Source of the DNA: Antedon mediterranea
Lineage: Eukaryota > Animalia > Echinodermata
Length of the DNA stretch: 64,000 nucleotides
Direction: 5' to 3'
NCBI RefSeq assembly: GCF_964355755.1
Contig: NC_092678.1
Location: forward strand, 25,065,365-25,129,364
Position 1 is the first letter of the stretch. Each line of letters starts with the position of its first letter. Below the pieces are notes generated by a model, which searched no databases, was not told the DNA's origin, and was given only the letters and a program-made list of their open reading frames with translations. The translations under genes and the position numbers were made by a program. Below, in pieces: positions 26,001-35,513 of this stretch.

Positions 26001-29000
26001 CTATCTCATAACCAGTAATGCAGATTTCATAACATACTCTGATACCACAGCCTTTAGGTTCTATACCAAAAATATGTATAAAGTTTAACTAACAGTGGAA
26101 GAATTATGAGAATTAAGTAGGAGAATTGAAAAACACTAGAAAAAATGAAATAGGGGACAAATTTACTATTCTTCTAAGGTTTTGAATTTACTGTTCTTTA
26201 TGGTTTTTAGAATAGATAGTATTTGTAGTTAGTTGGCTGAGAATAAAAACAGATTGGATTGAAAACAAAAAGAAGAGGACCGACAGACAGAGAAATGGCC
26301 ATGACAAGAGGCTTTTTTAATATAATAAATAGAGTACCTGGTAAACATGTACATGTTTCACAGCCATTTTCGTCTTTCTCATAACCATTAGGGCAGTATT
26401 CATAACATACTCTGATACCACAACCTTCGGGTTCTATAAAAAAAATGATAAAAGTTTTACTGACACCAGTGGATACAACGCTGGACGTACATGCGACACA
26501 AGTTTGACCAATCACAAGCGACATCTCCGAAAAGCTATATGTTGTGTATACGTTGCGTTTTACGTAGAAATGAAGCTTTACTATTTTAAGTAGTTATATA
26601 TTACCGTCAACGATTTCTGTGATGATTTCAAGTGTCATATTCTGTGTAGTTAGAACGTCATCCGCCACTAAGGTAAAACAAAATATTTATATTATTGGTT
26701 ATTATTCTCCAAGTGAATTGAATCAATGTTATGTTTACTGATACATGCAACATACGTTTTTTGACCAATCACAGATCCATGTAATTTGGCCAAAACTACT
26801 TGCGTTGCGCGTACGTTCGTGCGTTGTGTTCTTGTTAAAAAAAACTTACCATCCGTTGCTGCTGTGGTTGAGGCTAACATAGATTTCATGTAAACTTCAC
26901 GACTATCAACGAAAGCGTATTGAACTTCAAGACGTCCATCCGTACGACTGGACTGACCCTTGTAAACGAGTTGAATCCTTGAGTCCGAAGACTGAAAGAA
27001 TGTTGGTAAATCAACTCCTTCACTGGTACAGAATCCATGCAAGAGTTCTCGGTCTCCGTTTGTTGGAGTGTCTCGTACGTTCAACCGTAATTTACAGTCT
27101 TCGATCTCTTTGATATCTGACGAGAAAATGTCCATTTCCCTGATACCAACAACAACATATTTGCCTGGTGGTGCGATGAATCTGTATACACAGTTGGTCT
27201 CATCACCAGAGAATTCCTCAACAAAACTCCCTTCATGTGGTTCCTTTTTGTAATTTATTACCTTCCCACACGAGCTGGCCGCTGACGTGCTAAATTAAAA
27301 TTAAATATTTATAAATGAATAAGTAATCAATACATTTTTTTCAAACAAACTAAAATAAATCAAATACCGTTTGATAAGATCCGACTCACAACTTTTACGC
27401 GCGTACAAAGTCGGTGGCACGCGCGTAAAAGTTTGACGCGCGCATATTCAAAGTCTTATCACGTTTTCACCGCGCGCATATATAATGCGATAGGGGTCTA
27501 TATCATTATAAAAGACATGGAGAGCAAAATATAAAGGTAAAAATAACATGAAGGGAGCTCCTCCAACAACATTCCCGAGACATAAAGTAATTTTCATCTG
27601 GTTTCACACATTGAATAACTATAACAGTCCAACCCAACTGATTATCTATTAATTGATGAAAGGCTAGTCGGCACACCCCCTTACAGGAGGACAAATATGT
27701 AGGTCAACTCTCTTCGGTTTTATTGATATCAGATTGTTCCCGTATAGATAGACGGATCAAACAGAAACTAGTACGGTTAAAAAGTTGTTGTCTGATAGAC
27801 TATTACACGTAACAACTAAATTTACGAACGAATTTAGGAGAGATAAATTGAACAATTAGTATCTTAATTAATCGTTTGTTTTAAATCGAATCAAAAAAAT
27901 CCATCCTTTTTTTTCAAAAGAAAGCCCATGAGACATTGTTGTGCGAGCTCAAATGCTGATCTTAAATCGAATAACAAAATTAAATTGCAGTAATAAAAGT
28001 GTGTCATTGCTTAAAAAAAAGTTGAATATTAATATAAATAATAATATTACTAACTGCAGGCCTACTATTATTATATTTAGTCAAGTATTTTCGGTTAACT
28101 TGTTAACCTTGTAGGAACAGTAAAGGAAGTGATCACACACGCGGGTGGTGCTACCGGTACCCAAATTAGCCGTGACCTATACATACATGGTATAACAATT
28201 GCTTTGTCTGCTAATACATGTGTAGATTCAATTATTCGCCTTAAATTTCTTGTAACATTTCATCACAGACGAACACGCCATACCGTGTTGTCAATAAATA
28301 ATTTTTTTTAAAAGATGTTGCACTTTTTTTGGAACAAACGTTTTAGCAGTCACACTGAGTGAATTCACAAATTATTAAAGACAAATTGAGGCTGACATTT
28401 GGTTTTAAATGTAAGAACTGTATGAATTGTTTAGGCAGCTAGGCTGAATGATTCCGCCTCTAGAAGTAGCATGCAACGTAAATTGGACCAATAAATAATC
28501 ACGACGGCTCATCCGTCCCTTGCGATTGGTTTATAAATGTCTTGCGCGTACCTTGATTGCTTTCAAAAGTGAGAATCAGGGGGTGTATTTCAAAGGACAA
28601 AGACTACTATCGTGACAAAGAAACTAATATATTCTTAATGTAATGTCATATATACTGCAATACAACAGCTGTACAGACATATTACTGTAAGCAGATGTTA
28701 TATGGTTTTCAGTTTTCCGCAATATTTTGTTAATAAGGTTCATGCGTCTCTTTGTAATAGTGGCAGTGTGGGCTGGTCGTTTCCTTCCTGTCCTAAACTA
28801 ATGGGTTCAATTCTGGGTGGGTCTAATAGTAGTAGGCTCTACCAGCATTTCGCCAATGGCGTCATGAATTTCTCCGCATCGGAAGTGTCCGACAAAGTTA
28901 TGATTATCATTATTAACTTTCAGATGACGGCCATATTAAAAATGCCCTTGCCAACAAAAGTTCGACAAAAACTTTGATTGTGACGTTCTAACTTTTTCTT

Positions 29001-32000
29001 TTGTTTGTACTATACAGAAATAGGAATAATATTAAACCGCAAAAAAAATGACCTTTAATCCTGTTAATAACATTGACCTATCACAACAATCTAGCTTACT
29101 GACTTTAAAACTTTTGTTTCGATTATGCAACTGTAAGCCGGGTATACAGGGTTGAACTAATGCCCACCAACTAGGATAACTGTAACAACATATGACGCTA
29201 ATCATAGGGAATTAAATAAAGAATTACTAGTGGTATCAGCAACAACTTCATCAATAGATTGCAACAGACCAAGGTCGTCCAGGCAACGTTGCGTGCGTGC
29301 CGACCACGACGACAAGTGTAAAGAACTTTTTATTTAAACGCACCGACGACATTGAGAAATTATCAAATAAATGGTACTTAACCAAATTAGTTAACAATTA
29401 AAATGGTCCTTGCCCTTACCATGCCAGGTGCACGGTACACATTTTACCGAATCCCAGTTTATCGAAATCCAGTTTATCAAATCCCAGTTTGTCAAATCAC
29501 AATTTTCCGAATTCTAGTTTGCCGAATCACAATTTTCCGAATTCCAGTTTTCCGAATGACAGATTTCCAAATCCCAATTCGATTTGCCAAAGTCCCAGGC
29601 TTACGACACATTTCATTTTATTTGCTTTTTCTGTTATTATTACTAGTATTGTAGTTCAAACACAGTTTATAGACGATATTTTACAAACATTGGTTGTAAT
29701 GATTAGCATTTAAACTGTTGATCCTACGTGGCTTTACATGGCTAATATTCAACACCTTGGAACCCAGGAAATTATATAAACACACTTCCCTTATTTCCAA
29801 CGTTTTCTCAGTCAGAAATCCTTAGATTAATCCCAATATTTGCTACATTAATCCGTAAAATCAATCTACAACACTTCAAACTCAGTATAGGTTGGTTTCT
29901 ATAGGAACATACGCACGCAATTAATTTGACCAATCACGATAACAGATCAGATGTCGCGTGTGATTGGTCAAAACTTATGTAAGTTAATTGTGGGTACGTC
30001 TATGTGTTGCGTTCTAACCAAACTTAGCGTCTTTCCACAAACAAGTTCAATATTTGGTAATCGTTTTTACCCAGGGAATGTTCCCAACGGACTTCTTAAC
30101 TTTTCTCACTCTGCACGCAACGCCATATTAAACACAGTACCATGATTTACCATTGGTCCAAATTACTTGTATTGCTATTTTGTGATGGTGTAGCGCCAAA
30201 CATTTTTTATTTTTATATTGTTTTGTTTGGTGGATCGATTTGAGGCCGTTTTACAGGGTTGTTCGAAAACCACATTTCCGTATAAATAAACTAATTGAAG
30301 GATTATTGAAACTAAATAAAGAAACACATTAATCTCGCTAAGTTATTTCGGAAGGAATAGATAGCATAGCCAATGTTGTGGCCTCTACGTGACATTTACT
30401 GTAATAATATTGAGCGAACGAGAGCATGTACCGTAGGGTAGTAGGTATCATGTAGGGATATACTTTATTGAGGTCAGATGTCATTATAACAAAGCAAAAC
30501 AAAGACGTTTAAATTTATACCAGTAATATTTAATATGACTGAAATGTGAGAAAATGGTTGCATTTACCAATACCAGTGGTATACTAAAACTAAAAGGAGA
30601 CAGTACGAATTAGCTCCCTTTGAAGGTTTGATAGCCGAACTCATAAAAACCACCGAGTACACATCCTTCCAAAATTTATGGAATCATGAATTTGATATGA
30701 TTTTTGTAGGTGCATTATAAATGTTAATTTTCTTCCGAGACGTGACTTCATGAACCCGACTATATCAGAATGTAAGAATGTTATTGCAACACTTTCCCAG
30801 TTGGGTAAAAACGACACCGAAGTGATTTAACAAACAAAAAAGAATCACATTTCCAGGTTTCATATTCCTTGAGTTATTTCTTAAAATTATTTTTAAATCG
30901 ACTTTGGGAAAATGATCTCAATGAATTACAAAATATTGTATATAAGAAATTTGTCGATTATGATGTGTTTTAGGCCCTAATCAAAAAAGGGAAATGCGTG
31001 AATAATTTCTATCGACTTTGCCTGTTATCAGCAACATGCACAAGTTACAATTAGGCAGCACTTCATTCTTTTGAAGTGGATTTTTTTCAGCCAAATTCAT
31101 AGAAGAGCTTGTTTGATTGATGAGGAATAGGATGAGTCATTTTGAACCACCAAGTAATGATACCATTATCTAGTTCCAGCCCACGTGACTGACTGACTTT
31201 TGTTTTATTATATTCATGCTGATAATTAACCTTTTTTAAGGGCCTCTTGTTTTCATGGGGGCCTGATTAGACTTTCAAACTCTCGAACTTTCTGTGACAA
31301 AAAAATGTGATGTGCCCATATATGGACATGAACGTGATGTCATATCACTACCATTTTGGGCACATCACACTTTTTTGTCACAGAAAGTTTGAGAGTGTAG
31401 ACAGAGCTTAAGAAGACTAACTTGTTTATTTACGGTAATTTTCGACAAGACGCCTTGTATCGTTCCTTTATGGTTTTATATTTCAACTTCCTACTGTTAC
31501 GTAATATTACGTAACATGCATTCATTCAAAGTATTCACACGTGATAGAGAACTGTACAATTTAAAATTATCTATAATTATTATATAACTTTATCTAATAA
31601 AAAAAAGCCCAATGTTCGTTTTAAATGTGTTTACATTTCAGTTTAATAAGGTTATAAATTACAAATCATTGTAAATTTTTAAGCCTTTAATATATTTTAT
31701 GTCATTTGAATATTTAATATTTTATGTGTTGTACTGTATGTATATTTTATCGAGGGCCCTGAATGATCAATTCTAATTAGGAACTGGATAGGCTACCCTC
31801 AGTAAATATGGTAATAAATAAACAAATAAATAAATAAATCATACACGTTATTATTGTAGTCAATTTGTATTTAACATTTTATATAAATAGCCTTCATTAT
31901 ATATTTTTTATTTATCCATATATTACTCCAGCCACATCATAATCTATTTGTCCCAAATATTAACTCTAAATATTATTAAAACTTAGTGGTGACACCACCA

Positions 32001-32301
32001 TTTTGGAAATAAATGTTGATTCTATACAAAAAAAAAACACATTTTTTTACAATTCTAAAAAGTCATAAGCAAGTGTTTTACTGCAAAACAAGAACGATTT
32101 GTTCTAATAATAATGATGTCAACGTCACAACGTATGGGTACAATAACAAAGTAATTATAAAATAACTTCTTTTTTGCCATTACATTTAATTAAATAAAGG
32201 TGGTGGTCATTAAAACCACATTTCGAAAGCACTCTCCAAAAATAAACAAAGAATTTCACTAACCTGGAAAAGAGCAAACCCAGAAAGAAAATAGATAACA
32301 T
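379..32301 (-). CDS. Large multi-exon secreted or cell-surface mosaic protein: SP-CUB-(antistasin/TEV spacer)n-FN3x12-thyroglobulin1-antistasin array-Ig x6; 3' end outside the window
   Basis: Exon 1 (32264-32301) gives MLSIFFLGLLFS and ends AG|GT in phase 2. It splices in frame to exon 2 (26850-27289), STSAASSCGKVIN... Downstream exons are GT-AG bounded and mostly phase 1-1, with recognisable domain translations. No stop or terminal exon was seen in the exons translated. Confidence 0.75.
4401..4720 (-). mobile_element. tRNA-derived SINE with target-site duplication
   Basis: Minus strand TGGCGCAGTGGTTAGAGC...GGTTCAAGCCCC (A/B boxes), body CCCAGGTG...AATGGGTACC, CTTTA-type tail. ATCTTATACTA is repeated at 4390-4400 and 4721-4731. 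Confidence 0.85.
5227..5540 (+). mobile_element. tRNA-derived SINE
   Basis: GTGGCGCAGTG...GGTTCGAATCC boxes, CCACCCAGGTGTATAAATGGGTACC body, AAGCGCCTTTGAG...CTATATAAAT-(TAT)n tail. A similar tail fragment lies at 3915-3982. Confidence 0.85.
5541..5765 (+). mobile_element. Degenerate 3' fragment of a CR1/L2-type LINE
   Basis: Translates WGQRSFYVEAPNVWNSLP, a typical ORF2 C-terminal motif, followed by a GTGCTATATAAG...TTATTAT tail. Confidence 0.65.
5853..9070 (-). CDS. Array of 16 consecutive antistasin-like exons, 9 of them near-identical (EPTCPPFVCFIYCEHGNQVDENGCEICECNPPP)
   Basis: A ~196-bp exon+intron unit repeats from 6790 to 8460. Divergent exons flank it at ~8957, 8754, 8551, 6605, 6384, 6186 and 5853. 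Spacing is C-x4-C-x3-C-x10-C-x2-C-x-C. Confidence 0.9.
9275..9436. mobile_element. MITE family A, representative full copy; other copies at ~720, 4740, 31275, 49490, 52015, 57070, 57365, 57687, 58943, 59384, 59590, 61143
   Basis: TIR consensus AAGCTCTGTCTACACTATCAAACT...AGTTTGATAGTGTAGACAGAGCTT, TAA/TTA-like flanks, internal 21-bp unit CATATCACTACCATATTTGGG. Confidence 0.85.
9573..10040 (-). CDS. Thyroglobulin type-1 domain (two exons)
   Basis: Manual translation CIIARDNSDGGFSPTCDENGDYEPMQCPPLG / CICVDTVTGEPLGPASGTPPSCK matches the P.C...G.Y...QC...CWCVD..G pattern. Confidence 0.8.
10066..10207. mobile_element. Decayed Tc1/mariner-type MITE remnant
   Basis: The end GGAGAGTTGACTGTA is an inverted match to TAGAGTCACTCTCC; internal CCAATACC repeats. 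Confidence 0.4.
10338..14730 (-). CDS. Six antistasin-like exons (~14342, 13729, 12512, 12095, 11404, 10990) with Thr/Glu/Val-rich spacer exons
   Basis: Examples: GKCGSIVCYAECPNGYATDENDCVTCDCLP, ESVCGNIFCYIYCEAGYVKMENGCFTCDCLP. Spacer example: VVPEEIGVTPTKQAEVEFVTEGGFEPVTAT. Confidence 0.85.
11870..12045. repeat. GGAT/GGAA-rich low-complexity repeat
   Basis: Repeated GGATGGAATAG/ATGGATGG blocks; a shorter version is at 10855-10915. Confidence 0.85.
12897..13433. repeat. 29-bp intronic minisatellite, about 18 units
   Basis: (CAGTAAGCAGTGCTATAGYTGTGCTGTAG)n, followed by degenerate TGTTGTAACA repeats to ~13680. Confidence 0.95.
14856..17496 (-). CDS. FN3 cassette copy A, near-identical to 18509-21156
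   Basis: ORFs 16849-17202, 16398-16673, 15976-16410, 15605-15790 and 15137-15562 are almost identical to copy B. Intron sequences also match. Confidence 0.9.
18509..21156 (-). CDS. FN3 cassette copy B: one antistasin exon plus three FN3 pairs (6 FN3 domains in 6 exons)
   Basis: ORFs 20511-20969, 20123-20335, 19643-20035, 19269-19454, 18813-19226 and 18442-18642 carry FN3 motifs (PPSNV...W...Y.V.Y...L.Y.FRV.AEN..GRS.PS). Confidence 0.9.
21800..26670 (-). CDS. Six antistasin-like exons (~26339, 25965, 25204, 24893, 24650, 24141) alternating with short Thr/Glu/Val-rich spacer exons
   Basis: Examples: EPEGCGIRVCYEYCPNGYEKDENGCETCTCLP, DPGCPALICPSECDHGKEVDKNNCETCVCLDPP. Spacer example: VPTEVIEVVTEVVEMATEQITVE. 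Confidence 0.85.
22033..22104. repeat. (GAGTGAGGAAG)n 11-bp repeat
   Basis: About 6 perfect units. Confidence 0.9.
23015..23430. mobile_element. Two MITE family B copies in inverted orientation; another copy at 58629-58764 and decayed copies at ~24260, 25380, 26460, 26745, 28460, 29890, 59050
   Basis: TIR AAGCTTGGTTCCCACTAG...CTAGTGGGAACCAAGCTT, CGCAA repeats and a GACCAATCACAAGCGA core. 23015-23196 is the reverse complement of 23247-23430. Confidence 0.85.
25400..25610. repeat. 21-bp minisatellite (GACGCACACGCGACGTAATTG)n inside a MITE-B-like remnant
   Basis: About 9-10 units, flanked by TTCCCACTA and GTTGCGTCCTA. Confidence 0.85.
26850..27289 (-). CDS. CUB domain exon
   Basis: SCGKVI...NCVYRFIAPPGKYVVVGI...DC...LNVRD...GFC...FQSSDSRIQLVY...GRLEVQY fits the four-cysteine CUB pattern. 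Confidence 0.8.
29445..29600. repeat. Short tandem units TTT.CCGAAT.CCAG, probably a transposon remnant
   Basis: About 8 degenerate 16-18-bp units. Confidence 0.6.
32264..32301 (-). CDS. First coding exon, signal peptide
   Basis: ATG TTA TCT ATT TTC TTT CTG GGT TTG CTC TTT TCC AG|GTTAGT. Hydrophobic core continues as STSAA in exon 2 with matching phase. Confidence 0.75.
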
Positions 32302-34204
32302 GATGTTGGATTAAACTAAGTCATCCAAGAAGGGAGAAAGACATCCGTTCCTGACGAGAGGTTGGACAGGAATGATGGACACCTTGATGCTTGTTGGGAG
32401 GAAGGAAACGGGAATGAAGATAAGAATCTAGAACTTATTTTGTTTATCGTTGGCGGCGCTAGTTCATTTAAGAGAAGTGTGTAGTCTTATATTTAATTCA
32501 ATTTTTTTTATTTCGGAAATTTCATTCATATCAACAAACGTACAAACAGAAAAAGTAAAAAGAAAAACTCTCAAACTCTAAGCTTAAATATATAGGATAC
32601 TTCTCCATCTTATGTAGCATATGTTTGCAAACACAAGCAACAAGAATATTACAACTATTCAACATACGTTGCATGAAACTATAGATAGATTTTGTATTTC
32701 CTCATGGAGTCATGGGAATATCTGGATGCCTCTTCAGATTTTTTATCCAGGGTTTGTGTAACTATTTCCATTAGGCGACCTTGTTCATTTTTGTTTTGTG
32801 TATTTAATTTCATATATTTTGTGCATAGTTCTAATATTCTTCATTATGATAAATTCATTTTAGTTAAAATCATGGGATGTTGACTCGATCTTGTAGATAT
32901 AGCATGGAGGTACCTCCATGGTTATAGTAATCTTATTTACTTTTAGCATTTCTTGACGATTCTACTCTGTTTATTTAAAAAACATATATGGTTTGTTGGT
33001 CAAATAAAGAAATAAAACTGCTTCTGTGCACTAAAGGTAGATTTTGACGTTAAGATATTTTTGTTTTATCAATTGTATGTATTGTATATTGTATAATCTC
33101 AACCACAACACCGCATAGGTCCAGACGTCCGCTTACACCATTCTTGGTGTTAGTATAAAAGCAAACACGTCGAGACAAAAAAATAAATATCCACATGACC
33201 ACATCCGACCAATCGACTGTTACAAGCGTATGTATGCCGACAAGTTTCGGGTTAACTTCCTAAACAAGTTTTTTAGACCTATTTTTGGCCTATTAGACCT
33301 ATTAAGTATTTTTATTTATTTTATTTGTATTTTAAAGGAACTTAAAATTCCACTTACAGTAAATTGACAAAACAATAGTGATTAAGCCTATGTCTATATA
33401 CAATTATATTCAATATAAAATGTAAACATTGATAAAACAATCCCGACCACAAACCATAAATAAAATAATTAACGGGATACATCAATTTATACGATGTGTT
33501 AAACAATTACGGAATCCGAAAACAAACTTTGGTGGTAGAATAAGGTTTATCACAAACAGCTTTATTTCACACGAGGAACGTCATTGCACAATGCGTGCTG
33601 GGAAGGGTTTGGGAGCAAACGTCACACGGCGCGTACGTACAAACAACAAATCACGTACTTGCGCGTCGTGACGTTTGCTCCTGAACGCTTCCCACCATGC
33701 ATCGCGCACGCTATTTGCAAGTCATCCTCTACACATCATTATAATTATATAATTATAATCATTATATTGTAATTTTATATTAGGCCTATATTATTATATT
33801 ATATTATATTATAATATTATTATATTATATTGTTATAATCATTATAATTATTATCATTATTATGGCAGCAGACAGAGGAATATGTAGGAACTTCACACAC
33901 ATATATTTGCGTGTACTGTGTGCGCTCAACGCGTACGTAGAAGTTATGCAAAATTGCTGTTGTAAATATAGCGAACGCGCAACGAGCGATCTCTCTCTCT
34001 CTCGGCGTCAAGTTTTCAACGAGAAGACATCGACATTTTATGAGCAAACTATTAGCGAGTTTTTACGAGTTTAACGATAATAATTAGTTGTCCTAATTAT
34101 TAGCACTATTACATCTCGATATTTAGCGTTTTAACTTTACATATTTTACTTCGTGTTTAAACTGTATGTTATCGTGTTTCAATTATTGTACCGTTGTATA
34201 GCCT

Positions 34205-34512
34205 ATATTATATAACACCTATATAAATTCCTGTCATTTGATTGGACGAATGTGGGTCACATGGCGTGCAATAGTACGCACTATTCAACGATCGTTAAAT
34301 AGTACTTTTTGAAACATTTTTGTTTGTTATTTAGATGTTATATAAAACAAATAATGAATGTTTTGTATTCGTGTAATGGTACAAATAATGGCACTTGGTG
34401 AATGATGAAAGGTTATATCAACTCGGCTTTGCCTCGTTGATATAACCTTTCATCATTCACCTCGTGCCATTATTTGTACCATTGCACTCATAAACATTCA
34501 TTATTTGTATAT
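34205..34512. mobile_element. Non-autonomous element with a ~75-bp-arm terminal hairpin; partial copy at 38005-38072
   Basis: 34349-34506 is a long inverted repeat around GGCTTTGCC. The left part AATTCCTGTC.TTTGAT.GGACGA.TGTGGGTCACATG.CGTGCAATAGTACG recurs at 38006. Confidence 0.6.
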
Positions 34513-35513
34513 TATTGTCCTGAACTAGCCTAGCCAAACCTTACACTGCGCACGTACTAGCCTACGCGCTTCGTGTACATATTGTGGTTTCTACACTCCG
34601 TATATATAGTTTATTTACTTCGAGCCTAGGCCTAGGATACTTCCAGCTTTGGACATCGTTTGACTGCTACATACAATACTCCATTACCGTATTCTAAATA
34701 GGGTAAGTAAAGACCGAATTACTTAGGCCTAGCTAGGCCTAGCCTATTCCTTAAAAATAAACTTTTTACAAACATTAATGACCAAACGGGACATGGATCT
34801 CGTTGACGGATAGTGACCAGTAACTACGAACAACAACAAAAACTTAGATCTCAATTGCTCGGAGTTTCTTAATTGGCCTCCCTGAGAAACAACCATAAGT
34901 TTATGTTAGATAAAACAGAGGCGCAGCATTATTTTTAATTTTAGTAATACAGTTCAGGTATGCCGTGCAAAATCTGTTTATTAAATATATTTAGGGCTCA
35001 CAGGAACTGCTTTTACCAGTGGATTAATCACGCAATATACAGATATAACCTTCGTAGAACTTTATTGTCCCATTAAAACAGCCTGTAGAAAAGTATAAGA
35101 TACTTGGTGGTTTCCCCAGAGCACCCAATTGAAATGTACGTTTCCGATAGTTTCAAGAACCATCCATTGTGATGATAAACAAAATGTTTACAGTTATTTG
35201 AATTATTTTGACCTTAGAATATTCAGTCAGAGTGGCTTTTTGCTAATAATGTTCTGTGTTTGCCCCTGACACAGTCTTGTAGGAAAAAATATATTGTATA
35301 CTAGACTAGAGAATATTGATTTCTGTATAAATAAGTAAAGCGCCCATAATTTTATTATAATTTTACGCCACTGGCGCCCCATATTTGACTGAGGAAGTGC
35401 CCCCTCTATTTATTTCGGTTGGGTGTGGGGTACGTTTTTTATGTGGCTGTTTTTATACACGTACTCTAGGCCTAGCTAGTTATATCTTGAAAACCTTTGA
35501 AGTTAGAAAGAAA

